Assembly: GCA_030141605.1 (NCBI GenBank)
Contig: JAQGDQ010000156.1
Coordinates: forward strand, 310,001 to 374,000
Reading direction: 5' to 3'
Origin: Tubiluchus corallicola
Taxonomy: Eukaryota > Animalia > Priapulida
DNA: 64,000 nt
The number at the start of each line of letters is the position of its first letter. Position 1 is the stretch's first letter. Positions 38,804-52,023 of this stretch are shown here, piece after piece. The translations under genes and the position numbers were made by a program. Under the pieces are notes generated by a model. That model ran no database searches, had not been told where the DNA came from, and saw only the letters and a list, made by a program, of their open reading frames with translations.

Positions 38804-41800
38804 GTATACTACTTTTCCTTAATTCTATATGTTGGAAGATAGTTACATAGATTAGCTTGTATGTGGCAACTCATAGTAACAGTACACTAATTGCTCTTAA
38901 ATATGATTTACTTATTAACTTTTTAATGTAAAACAGACATAGATCTTTTGCCCGACTATTAGAATCACTGTGTTTGTGTTTTGTGATATTGACTAGTTAA
39001 GCAAAGTTGTTTTGTGATACTGAAGGGTTAAATAGACAGCAAGAAGACGCGTTAAAGCTGTACAAGTGTTTTTTTTGTTTGAGAGGTTGAACTCCTGCTT
39101 TAATTTTAGTTCATTCCATCAAGTCTGTCCAACATTAGTTGTATTTAACCGGTTTGTTGCTATGCATTTATCACGCCAATTTACGAAGCTACCAGCTTTC
39201 TAGTTTTTGTGGTATTACAGTTTTAATTGTTGAATGTAAAATAGTTACCACGATTATAACCGAATTTAGTTTTCAGTAACTTCACTACATTGGTAGTGGT
39301 CTATAACTGTCCTAGTTTATGTGATGTTGGAATATGTATGTTAGTGAGATGTGTGGTTGAGTTAACAGATCTATAACACTATCACAGCATGTAACACACT
39401 CCATTTTCAGCCTGCTACCCAAACACCTTATTAACACCATATTATGCTTGTATTAGTGTAACAGATATATTAACAGGTGTGCACAACAAATGCCGTTACA
39501 TCTTATAACAGGTTTTTAATAGCTTTTGTTTCAAATCTGAGCATAGGTAAATTTGTTAACTTTGATTGTTACTAGGTTCATTTATTGGGCTTATTTCCCC
39601 GTGCAAGCGATAAAGAGATCTATTTAGTCTCAATTTTGTTAATATGCTCAATCTAAATGCTTTTACCATCAGGTTAAATAAAAAAATCAGTCACTAGGTG
39701 GCTGAACTCCTGTGACACGAAGTTCAGGTTGCAACTAAATCTGTCGGCTTTACTTTTGATTATTTATTTTACTTTAAGAGTTATTATGTTCCATCCCTTC
39801 ATACAATAGTCCTTGGCGGATAATGATAGCTGACCTTTACAGAAGAACTGTTGCTTCTCCAAATGAGCCCAAAGACATCTGAGACTCTCAGAGTAGCAGC
39901 TTCGTGAAATTTCTTTTGCTTAAGACTCGATGTAACGCGTGCCTTAATTTGAGCTAAACATCTGAGCCCAGATCAAGGACCCCCAGGACAGATTTGTTAA
40001 CGAGCTAGTAACATTAAGTCTAACACTAACACTTTACCAACAAAAACTAATTCCAATTTCATACTGCTGTCATGAAACATGCATGGACATAGACAAAATG
40101 CTTACAAGCTCGCATTAATGAAAATCTAGTTATAACTGCTAAACTAAAGAAGATTATTCAGCACTTGTTGAACTACATTCATAAATACATTTTGTGTTAC
40201 AGTGTTAAAAAGTTATTCCATTTCATCGTTAAACATTACGCAACAAAGCTGATATACGTAGAAACCTTCCATATCCCTCCTGTCAACAGGTTTGCTAAAA
40301 TGATACTTAAACCTCTTAGAAATTATGAACCTCGTGTTCGAAATAAAATAATTACTTACTTTACTTTAGAAGAACCTCTAGAATGGTCGTCTGCAATGAA
40401 ACTGCGAACCTCTTACAACAGGTGTTCACTTTTAGTGACCACATACGTCGTCTTCCATATCGCGTCTAACTGAAAATCGTCTTGAAATTTTCGTTTCAGT
40501 TACATGCTGCCTTATTGCGCGCAGTGCTTGTATGGGCAGCAACGCTGCTTAAAACTTGAAAAGTCCCGCGGTGACCGTGAGGTGCATTTTGACTGTAAGT
40601 CGTTTCGAAGAAGTTTAGATAACATTACATAAAGTTTGAGCAAATTTTCAGAGCATTCGTAGCGCGCATGTCACTCGCTAAACTTTTTGAATCATTGAGA
40701 ATTTTCGTTTCACTTACATATGTCTTTCAAACTGTAGTACGCGTGATTAGCGTTACAACTTTGTAAGGAAGGTTTGTAACATATAACATTCCCCTTTCTT
40801 CTCCTTTAAAACAGTTACCTTAGTACAGAATACTTTCGTGAACTTTTAGCGGTAATTGCACGATTTTTGTCATATTTCTCACTCTTATATTTTGTGGCTT
40901 TTATTGCAACCAGCGATCCATTATTGTTATGACAGCTCAACTTTGCCCTTTTCTATGAAGAAAATTTCAAAATTTAATAGTAATGTAGAGTGTCAGTAGC
41001 TGATTTAGTTTTCTTAATACGCTTTACTATCGGTTCACTGGCTTCTCAAATTCAATCTGCAAATGTTAAACCTAAGGCAGGGCTTCTTCTTAAGGCGATA
41101 CGAAAAAAATGGTCGGCCAGCAAAACGTGAAAATCAGTTAAGTGCTGCGAGGTTATGGTGCAAATCCGTTTAGTAAGTGAAAATGGCCAGTATTTTGACA
41201 GTTGTCATTTATTATTTATAGTACAGGTTATCCTGAACACAATCTGCAGTGAAAGTAAATTGGCTTCTCTTTTACGGCGGTGGTGAAAAACAACTTGAGA
41301 AACGAAACTGCGTTTAAAAGCAAACGTGCCATTCAAGACCCCACATCTGTGGGATGCTGAGCAGAGGGTATCTCAATATATCTCTTCTTCTATATACTGG
41401 AAGGCGTGCATTCACCACTTTGTCCATACTTGTATTGCGAAAGACTATAAAGTGGCGTTTATCTAGGATCCCGAATGTGATTATGCGTTATCCACTTGCA
41501 GTAAGGCTGCGTATAAAAAAATTAATAGGAAGGCAGCCAACAGCTGCAGAAAAAATAGCGCATAACGCAGGTCTGATAAACCGGTGGATTGAAAACAATA
41601 TAATACGGATTTTATCTATTCCGCAAACGCATAACACATACGCATTTCGGATGCTAGGTAAACACGACTTAAGTTAACACCTACCAAACGAGTTGGCAAC
41701 CCTGTAAACAGCACCTGGACCCTCCCTCCTTTTTGGCTTTGTATACACTTCTCTCTTTTGTAAGATTAGTTCAAAGAAATGCGTATGTTCTCGTTTGATG

Positions 41801-43574
41801 TGGCGAGACGGTAACTAATAATACGTATGTTTCTTCTGTAAGAAATTGGATGCGCTCATCTAAGATCAGAACACGAGTCAAGGCCTAATAAACGAAGCCA
41901 GAGGCTGATGACCAAGAGATGAAGCCCCACAGGTAGAAACAAATTGCAGACTACCTAAAACTTGTGCATGTGAGACCATTCAGTGTTACTTGTGGGTTTC
42001 ATCTACATGCAGCAGTACTAGCACAATTTTTAATGTAATGTGACTCAGTATTTTAAAATATTCACTAGTTACACAACCTCGTAATCAAACCTTTACGACG
42101 TGAACGAATGTATTATTGGTGTAATTATAATTTTTCTTTGCCAGTTTCAGTAACAGATGTGTCTTCTATGTATGAAACCAATACTGGTGTTTAGATGTTA
42201 GTACATTTGTCTGGCATTGTCGATTGATGCACACAGTTATAGTAATCTAATAAACTGGAAGTATTGCTGTAGTAAATTCATATTGACTCGGCGTAATTAT
42301 ATCAAGTCATTCCGAGATTTGTTCGATAACTTCCACATCAGCTCATATTGCATACGTTTAAATACACCCGGTTTATGCCCAGAACAGTGTACCGCAGAAG
42401 AAAAACTGCCTTATGAAATCTACTGGTATTATCAACGAGGGCTAATTATTGAAGGTTTCACTCGAAATGAACTGAATGAGATGCTTTTATATTTAGTAAC
42501 TAACTAGTTCAAAATTGTATGTATTGTATTATTTTTTGTATATATTTCTATTGTTACTTATTTTATCTATATCCACCTCTGTGTTGTGTATGGCATTAAT
42601 TTGCGAAATAAATGATATATATATGTATAATATACCCTGGTTTCCATTCCAAGTGTCTTAGCGGTTTGTAATTGTAAGCTCACTTTAACTTGTTAGATTG
42701 TTTTAATCTATTTAATTGGTGCTTAAGTAGTTCTTTCATCTAATACAGTTGGAATAGAAGCCCCCATGTGCAACTTAGTTTTGGTTCTGTAGTTTTTTAA
42801 AGCTTCGAATACGAAATTTTTTGCTGATTTTTAAAATTATTTTAGTTTTTCTTAGAAACTAAATTGGGCATAACTATGAAAGGTTGTAATTGCATTAAAA
42901 ATATAACATCCATATTTTAAATGTTTGGTCATTAATTAAAGTTTCTCTCAGCGTGAAACAAGTGATTACTGTCATTGCTGTTAAATGTTTAACGGCATTG
43001 TGGAACGCGTGCGCAAAGTAATTGTTATCAAGTTTAATTTAATGAGTGCGCGAGGTAATTGTTATCTTAATGTTAAGGCACAAGAAAACGCTTTAGTTAC
43101 ACAAAGATAAAAATTCGTCTTGAAATTTTGTATCCACCTGCGTACTGCCCACGATGACCATCATTTTGACGGTAGGTCGTTTGACACAAGTTTAGATAAC
43201 ATTTCGCAAATTTTGAAAAAATAGAACATTCGCAAGAGCACAATTTACTAACTAAGCAAAAGCCTAATTTACTGTATCTTGTCAATCAGATTAAAAATAC
43301 GTTCTTGGTGAGTCAATGGTGCACACTGGGAAGGCGATTCAGTGACACTTGGCTCAAACATTTTAACTTACTAAGAATGTTGTTCTTTAACTGCATAAGT
43401 CTTTCAAACAGATAAGCGTAATATTAAGTAATGTAACATTGTGTAAAAAAATGTCAGGACATACTTTAAATTGTCTTTTGTTCCCCTTTAATTATTTTAA
43501 ACAATAATGATTTACAGCCCCGGAGTTTGGATATTTCTTCTTCAAAGCGTCATTCCATCTATTGTACACAGTGA

Positions 43575-43990
43575 GGCATTAACATTTATTAGAGTTTTCC
43601 ACTCACTTTTATCTGCAGCTAACAACGTTAGTTCTTCTATTCCTAAAGATAGGTTTGGTTGAAGTTGTTGAACATCTTATCTTACTATCCAAGTTGTTTT
43701 GAGTTTGCCACGTGTTTTTTTTGGAAGTTATTAAGGCTTCCTTTAAGGCGATTCTTACTGGAGCTTCACTTAGAAATCTTAGAAGATGTCCTAGCCAGCT
43801 TAATCTTCAGATCTTGACTTTTGAACTCCAAGGAATTTCTTTCGCTCTAGTGTATAAGTCTTCATTTTTTTATCATGTATGGACAGGTTGTTCCTGTTAT
43901 GTTGTAAATGATTTACGTTGTCTGCAAAGTCCGTAATTCTTTTGATTGTATTGCAAAGGGCTAAACTTGAGCTTGTATGAGCATTCATTA
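43575..43990 (-). mobile_element. Degraded RTE-clade-like LINE, 3' end of ORF
   Basis: Minus-strand translation KNEDLYTRAKEIPWSSKVKI*RLSWLGHLLRFLSEAPVRIALKEAL...RGKLKTTW...LAADKSEWKTL matches the RL.W.GH..R / RG.P..TW / A.D...W tail of RTE-type reverse transcriptases. Contains stops and frameshifts. Confidence 0.8.
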
Positions 43991-44390
43991 CTCCTGTTTT
44001 GTCCTTTCTTCCCTTATGCGTGTTGTGCATGTGGAGTCGAGCACCCTAAAACTTTTTTATGTTTATTTTATGTGCAAAGTGTAAACAAGCTCAAGGTTTG
44101 CGCTAATATAGTCCATATGGGATGTTTTACTCAAGTTGAACGAACTGTCTACTGGCAGATGTGAACATTGAAATCACATATTTTTAAAGGTACTGCAGTT
44201 TATATATGTTTATACGTGTACATGGACTTTTAATAGAAAGCGACACAAACGTGTAAAGGATGTGCATATTGTGCAGAGGGCAGTGACATCTATTGACAGG
44301 ATTGGGAATGCAAAATGGTATTGTTTTTGAGGAGTACAATTAGAATTTTTTGTTTGTGTTATTTAGCTCACCTGATCTCGGGTTCGCCTG

Positions 44391-44520
<130 letters not shown>

Positions 44521-45633
44521 TTCTCGTTCGTTCATTTAGTTCATGCGGTAGCATCAATGATATTTTAGCGTAGTCAATTAAGCTGCTGTTCAAAGCAGAT
44601 AGCTTGTTCAGTTTAATAATGTAAACATTGTATTCTGTACAGTACGGCATGTCACAAGTTTGGGGCTAGCCGGAATTTTATGCCAAAATTGTTTTTGTGG
44701 TCAGTTTTGTCGGTTTGGGATGGGGATTTGAAAAACGATTGATGCCATTTTTTCGTGCACACATTCGGCTGCCATCCTGGATTTCAAAATGGTTGTCACT
44801 GACATTTAAAAATTAAGCTTGTTCGTCAACTTCTCTAGTGATTAGGAGATGTTTTACGAGTCTGCAGGTTGGTGGTGATAGACGTGCATTAAATATTCTT
44901 CAAAAAAGTGGGCGTGGCTAAATCGTTATTCACCGTTTTGATTATTTAATTTATCTGGTTTTTCGTGGTTACTCTGTGCATTTTGCCAGTTTCTGGGAAA
45001 ACATTTGACATTTCTCGTTCGATAAACTGATTTCTCTGAATTTTGTCTGAGCACTGTAATTTATAAAATTATCGGCAAATATTATCGTTTTTCGTTAGTC
45101 TGCCAATATTCTTGAATTCTGAACGCTGCAGAGTAGCAATTTGTAGAATCGCATAATACGCATTCACTGCCATTCCGAATTAGCGAAAATGCCAAAGAAC
45201 GCATTCACATAAATTTCTTAAACCGAAAATGTCTAAATTCTTTAAAACCTGGCGCCAGATGGCGCCACCATGTTAGCTTGTTCTAAAACCCTGTTCATGT
45301 TTTGGGGGATTTGAGACTGTTACGTTTAAGTGCAGTGAATGACAACCGATAGGATTTCTATTTAAGTAATTATGTAATTAGTTTCCTAGTTAGAGTCCAA
45401 AAATGTCCAACTTTTTGCCACTTGGAGTGTTTTAGGCGTTTCCAGAATCTAGAATTTGTTTACAAATGACCACTGTGGCTAATGTTGTCAACGCACTTTG
45501 TAATTGTAATGCTATGAAATTTAGCGTTACGTCAATCTGGCACTTTAGCGTAGTTTTTAAATGGCAGGAATTATTGCTTAAAACTGGCGGTAAGGCATAA
45601 TACGCTGCTGGTTAAAATGAAATGGACAGTAAT

Positions 45634-45770
45634 AAATCAGACCAGAGTTTTTTACAACCTAAATCAGACCAGAGTTTTTTTACAACCTGTATCAGACCAG
45701 AGTTTTTTACAACCTAAATCAGACCAGGGTTTTTTTTACAACCTGTATCAGACCAGAGTTTTTTTTACAA
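45634..45770. repeat. 27-29 bp tandem repeat, five copies
   Basis: Unit atcagaccagagtttttttacaacct with alternating aa and gt junctions. Confidence 0.92.
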
Positions 45771-46790
45771 TCATATAGGTTGTATATTATACTCTATTTT
45801 TACTTCTTTGCCGACTTCCAATGATTGCACCTTCGTTTGAAATCGATAGTTTCGCTGAAGTCAGGCAGTTCCGAGCAGTTGTCGAATTTCGTTCATTGTT
45901 TATGTGATCAGTTTTTCGTCGCTGGTTCGGGTTTCTCGCTTCTATGCGTGCCTTGTTAACCGAGCTTCCACAGCTGTTTGCGTTATCACGATTTCAACTG
46001 TAGTCATGCGTTTCATGTACAATTGTGTGGTGCTGTGAATGCTGTAGCTTCTTTGATAAGTGTGGCGTGTGGTAAGTCTAATTATGTGCCTGCAGTATAC
46101 GCTTTGAATTTTTAAACATTTTCATTTTGTGTAAGGCTTTGGTAGTATTAACTTGTAGGCAAGTAATATATTTGACATTAGCGCGAATTAGATTTAAATT
46201 TTTTGGTTTTTACCGTGTAAAGCGATGTAAAATTTTTCAAACTGCTTTTAACGTCGTTGTTTAGGATTTTGAGAGAATGCGTTTCTATCTAAGCAATGGT
46301 AATGCATTTCACTCATTATTATAGGCGTTCAGTATTATTCAGAGGTTCTCAGACTATGCAGCATTTTTTCAATACAATTCAGTACTTTGTAAGCCAATTT
46401 CCAGCAACTGCAGAGCCTATTAAAGCAAATGGTTGTGGCAGACCGGAATATAGGTCATTATCATGGATAGTCCTAATTGTCCTTGTAATCGCATATCCGT
46501 TCCCCAACGTAGTTTGGCATTACTTAACTTTGGTAACTAAACACATCCATTATTGAATTCTTTCCGTTGCCGTGTACTATGCCGGATTACACAAAGTAGT
46601 TTTGTTAAGGAGAAACAATGCTAGAATTATTAAATTTCTTGAAATTAAGTTGTGAATGCAAATGTGAAAAAGTCTGAATTGCCTGGATTTGAACCTGGAG
46701 TTTTGAATTACAAGCTCAGCTCATGTTGAAACTTATTTTGTACTGTAGTCTGGCGGTCCTGGAGTTGATGTAGTTGCATTTCAGAAAAAC

Positions 46791-46891
46791 TTGATTATTG
46801 TGAGTTGCAACCAATGACGGATTAGGCATTGGTTGCAACTCACAATAATCAACTCACCAGGTCATTGGATTAGGCAACCAATGACCTGGTG
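46791..46891. repeat. Two adjacent perfect inverted repeats (26-bp and 14-bp stems)
   Basis: 46791-46816 pairs with 46827-46852, and 46855-46868 pairs with 46878-46891. Confidence 0.95.
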
Positions 46892-49800
46892 CCTCTAGGC
46901 TAATGAAATTACGGGATCCCCTTAGACGGACCACCTTGTAACTCGCCTGCATCCGTTTTGAATACTTTTTACTTTATTATATATTTCAGTAACATGCAAG
47001 TAAACTTATTGCAAATTTTTTAAATGTAGGGTCTCCATTTTTTAGGCTGCTGCCTGTAATAGGCTATTAGACAATCCACCCCTGCTTGCAGCTCAGAAGA
47101 TTGTGTTGTAGGGTCTACTAATCGTACTCTACATTGACTAATATTATGAGTAATTAGATCTTGTTGTTATTGCTAAGACAGTGAATTTCGACGAGTAGAA
47201 AATACTAAAGATTGTTTGAAGCTGGCAGAACAGCAAAATCGACTTACTTGCCAGCAACGTCTTATTGATTTAGTATCCTATAGCAGTGGATGTGGGACAC
47301 ATTATATCATTCTGGTCCAGAGCCCCGGGAATAGACGTTAGATGCCTATGCGAAGTTGATATCTAGCCCAAGCGTGGAGGGAGGGTTGTAATAGGGAGGG
47401 CGTCCGCTTCTCGGGGGTGCATAGTACACTGCATCATCTTTTCCCAAGTGTAGCTGCGGGAAAACCGGATAATAATTTGGTTTGTGTAAATGTTAGTTGG
47501 TAACCCTCACCAGGTAAAGCTGGAGTACAAATTGGCCCAAACAGGCTCATTTGTGTTGAGTTTTTTCCGTCAAAACATTTTACATATCGTTTGTAAATTG
47601 CTGCTTACGGCCACAGTAGCTATTCACTTTAGATAGGTATCTTATGTGAGCTCTTTCAGCAAAACCAGTAAATTTGGTTTTCGAATTTCGTTTTGGACAT
47701 AGCAATGTTTTGGCTGTACTCAACCAGTTACCTGCATGCTGTGTTCTGTCATGTGTAGCTCAGGCCTGTACACGTCAGTCGTGTTCGGGTTCTGCATGGG
47801 ATATAGCACAGGGAAATGAATGGGTAACAAACACCTGTTTCTGCACACAATGCAGCTCAGAACGAGCTTTCAATTTTCAGCAGAAAGAAATATTTTGAGT
47901 GTTTAGATGTAAACTAGGTCAGTGTTAGAAATTAGGCATCGTGTTGCTTATTCAGTGAAAGTGGAATGTGTACGGTGTGTGTGCCGTAGTTAATCAATTC
48001 AAGACGAACATTGATCCGCGTTGTGCTGGATCGTGATTAGCTGAATATACAAGAATTTCGCTAGTACTTATTTGATAACATCTCGATTTGTCGTTACCAG
48101 TATTTGCGAATACACAGTTACCAATCTACGTTATGCTAGAACTATATTGACTCAGCCACAGAAGTTTGATGTCAGTTGCTGTGACCAGTGTGATAAATTG
48201 TTACGTGTAGTAATGTTGCTATCTATCTTGCTATGCCTGTTCATGGACTACAGTTAGCAATTGCGAATATGTCTTCATAAGGAATTATCCCGGCTTAATG
48301 ATGTAGAGGCTGCTCGAGTTCAAAAGATTGCTGACTCGTCATTTGTATTGTGATTCGCTTTGAAAGCCTTTCCTGCTTGTGACATCGCCTTATTTTTGCA
48401 GCTCAGCTGGAGTGTGCGTCTGTGTGTGTCTCTGTGAGGGGTTACTCAGGCTAATTCTAAGTGTTCAAAGACCTACCAAAATCTATAATAAACGCGAAGA
48501 AAAAAACTTTTTCTGTTACTGGTACGTGGCCAGAACTAGGCACTACCTCAGTAACTTCATTGAATTCTATCTAATTCAGTATGCTTATATAATTGCATTT
48601 TAATAACTGTAGGCTGATTGTCTGTTGCTTGCTATAAATTTCAAAAGAAACCTGATACTGTTGAAACAGCTGCATGTTCAGCTGCTCCTGTTCTGGAAAA
48701 TCCTTTCGTTCCTAGAACTGACGAGAAGACGGCGAATTTCCCTCTTCAGTGCAGAAGCCACTTAAATCTCTCACTGCTGTACCTCTTTGTCCTGAAATGA
48801 ACGGTACTTATCTTGACGATTGACGCTCCGCCATTTCGCGTGAATAATACATGCAAAGTGCCCATCTATCACGAGAAGCCCTGCTGTAAGCCTGGGGAAG
48901 CCGTTGTGGTACGAATTTAATCAAAAGGATTGTGTCTGGGGTCAACGCTTGGTTCACTTTTGTAAGAGCTTATAGAAGTTAAAGTTGTGTTGCCACCGTT
49001 TGTGAGTCTGTGAGTAAATACTTGTGTGTAACTGTGCTGTTTTCTGATAGCTTTATCAATCGTCAAATAGGCACTGCAGTGACTACAGGGTTCTGTATAT
49101 ATGGATGCCTGCAGCTGAATATTTCAGAAGTGCAATATCTGGACACGGGAGTTGGCAACAACATTGATCAGTGCTCTTTCCAAACTCGTACGGCGATGCT
49201 CAGATGTCTCTTGGATGTTCTTCGAAAAGTCCAAACTACAGTTGATGACAAGCGGTGGACTTTGTAGCAGGATTTTTGTCAACTCTTCCCCGTTGTGGCA
49301 TAAGGAGTGAGAGTAACTTACAGAGCCTGGAAGAATATTTCACTTTGGCGATTTTTGATGTGAACCTAACATTGAGGAAATAATCTCAAAAGCTAAATTT
49401 GTACCGTGGTAGTCAGCCTAATAGTACGCAAACCTGAAGATAAGCTAAGAATCCTTAAATATAAAAGTGAGTTATATGCACCAAATTTACAGCACTGCAC
49501 TATATGCATATTTTTGGGCAGTACTTTGTAGCTCCCAACTTACTGAAGAGAGTGTTCGTAAGCTCTCTTTGGTTTTATAGACATTTATAGACTAATCAAC
49601 TTCGAAAACAATTATAGAAACTTTGTGCCAAGCTTCTCATTTTAAAAACCATTTTTGCATCAATACTCATTACACTTGCAATAGTTAATGCACGAAAAGA
49701 AGTTAAATAAGGACAGTGTCGGGCCCAGTGCAACGATTAATATGCATTATTGAAAGACACGAATATTCGCTTATCGTAGCTGCTCTGTACATACTTATTC

Positions 49801-50003
49801 ATCGGTTATTCAATACAATGCTGTAGACTGAGCTACATTAGCATCTCCTGAAGAAACTGGACCCTAAGATTGTGGTTGGCAGGTTCTGTGATAATGCTAA
49901 AGGATCACTGCTCTAGTTTGATTTGTTGTGGAACACTGGTACCGCTGAAAATGTTTAGTTGATGAATTCACTAGAAAGGTGAGGTATTTAACTAAGAAGC
50001 GCC

Positions 50004-50138
50004 ATGGATGTTTTGGAAGAGGCCATTAAGTTCAAGCGAAAGATAAATCGACCTCCTCCGCTGTCTGGTATATTTGAAGCTGAAGCTGACATGCCTGCTA
50101 CACCTGTTAGATTGAGGCCCAAGAGTCTTAATTATCAG
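50004..50138 (+). CDS. Candidate alternative first coding exon of the MAST-like gene
   Basis: Optimal Kozak gccATGG. Encodes MDVLEEAIKFKRKINRPPPLSGIFEAEADMPATPVRLRPKSLNYQ. Strong phase-0 donor CAG|gtaata is in frame with the acceptor at 51813. Possible acceptor ttggcAG ends at 49882. Confidence 0.65.
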
Positions 50139-50649
50139 GTAATAACAGCAGTAATTAAGCTGTGCTTCGTGTGTAATAATAATAAACAAAATCCTAGTTT
50201 GTAACTAGAATTGGGCACCATCATTATCAAAACAGATGGCAGTGAGAGTTTTTTCTTTGAACTCGTCAGTCTACAGACTGTAACGTTTGAAAGGTAGAAG
50301 TTCTTGGATACATATTCATTTGATCTGTTACCAAGTGTTTGGCGGTAGTATTAACAAAAACATCGTGGCTTTGCATTCTTTGAATACATGGTTACAAGCT
50401 TCAAATGGCGTTCTTGTGGTAAAGTTTGGTGCAAACCATGTGGACGCTATTATAAAATTTGGACGTTCTATTAGCTTGGAACTTGTTGCACATCAAACTG
50501 CTAGCCTTGAAGGCATAGTTCATTGACTTGTTTTTAATAGCGTGTTTGACGTCTGAGCATTTACTTTTTGCATAGCAAGTCCAGACAGTATAAAGCCGGT
50601 CTTTCTGCTTCTAATGTATATGTGATTCACATGTCTTTACTTTACAAAA

Positions 50650-50812
50650 CTTTTCTGTTCTTTTACCTTTTGTTTTTCGTTTACTTTTCTTCTTCTTCAC
50701 TCTTCTGTCTTTTTTCCCTTCTCTTCTCCTCTCTACTTCTCTTCTCTCCTCTCTCTCTTCTCCCCTCCCCTCCGCTCCTCTCCCCTTTCCTCTTCCTTTC
50801 TCTTGCCTTGTC
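50650..50812. repeat. Polypyrimidine (CT-rich) low-complexity tract
   Basis: Almost exclusively C and T for more than 120 bp. Confidence 0.85.
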
Positions 50813-51812
50813 TTGATCCGATGGTGATGATTGGATCTTCATAGTATAACCAATAATAAACTTTTAAATAAGATACTAAATACATTTCACTATTTAGGTA
50901 TAAGAAAACAGTCCTTGATGTGTTACACTGACTTTACACAAGCATAGTATACTGATCGTCAGTGTCTATCAGTAATGTCTAATAAAATTTGTTGCCCAAA
51001 AATCCCAAGCTTTTTTTATTTTTACAATTGTTATTGTAGAATTTGTTAAGTGTTAGCTTTGCATTGTACAAAAATGCGTAATTTAGCCTAAGCAAAATTT
51101 TTATACAATGACCATTTGTTGGTGAAAGTCTTTTGTAGAAATTTTGTGACTAGTGCTTTTTATTTCAGAAGAAATTTAATCAGTAATCTGCCACTTATAG
51201 GGCTTTTAAGAAATTTATGATGCGTAAAAAGTTCAGCTTGCATTAATAATGATATTAAAGTTCTGCGTTAATGGTCTGATAGGGGTTGTATTTGTCCAGA
51301 ATTAGTTTCTTTGCTGATAAGTCTAGTCGTATATTTGCACGTTCATGGACTATGAGCTTTGGCTCTACATAAGGTGATGTGGTGTTACTGGAATATTGGG
51401 TTAGAGCTGGGTGTAAATATTTATAGTTTGTGTGTATTTGCGTGATTATGTATGGAGGAAGAACAAGTCATGAATCTGTGTCAGTTTATTATTATTATTG
51501 CAAAATCTCTTTTACACTATATCAGCGGTCTAATAGGTAATATGTTAAACAGATTTAGTTTCTTAGCGAATAAGTCTGGGTGCACATTTGCATATTGTGT
51601 ATTAGCTTGTAGTCTATATAAAATGATGTGGTATTATGAATTAGCAGTGGGTGTATTGAAATTATACGTAATGCAATCTTTTATGTAAATCTTGTATGCA
51701 AATATCAACAATTAGTATGTACTAACACAAGTTATATAGTTAACATGCTAATGCGTCTCAATATTAAAATGAATAATAATATTAAAACAAAGGTATGTTT
51801 GTTTGTTTTTAG

Positions 51813-52023
51813 TCGGATTATGCATATCATGGATCGCTCGGATCTCCATTGTCTCCTATTCCACGCCGGCAGAGCTTAGATCAGGACTTGCCACGACAGA
51901 TTACCAAACATTTGCGGATACATCGCACGTCTGCTGAAGAGGCGCGTCTCCGTCGTCAGAGTATCGGAGGATTTCCTGCTCAGCAACACCACCTCCTTAC
52001 TGTCAATACTCAATCTCCTCATG
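51813..52023 (+). CDS. MAST: MAST-family kinase, N-terminal region coding exon
   Basis: Acceptor tttgtttttAG, donor CATG|gtaagg. Translates SDYAYHGSLGSPLSPIPRRQSLDQDLPRQITKHLRIHRTSAEEARLRRQSIGGFPAQQHHLLTVNTQSPH(G). The phase-1 end joins exon 58651 in frame. Confidence 0.8.

Noticed and set aside
41360-41704. hAT-like element ending ttggcaaccctg and the ORF at 41354
   Set aside because: Only one terminus is visible, there is no TSD, and the ORF lacks transposase motifs.
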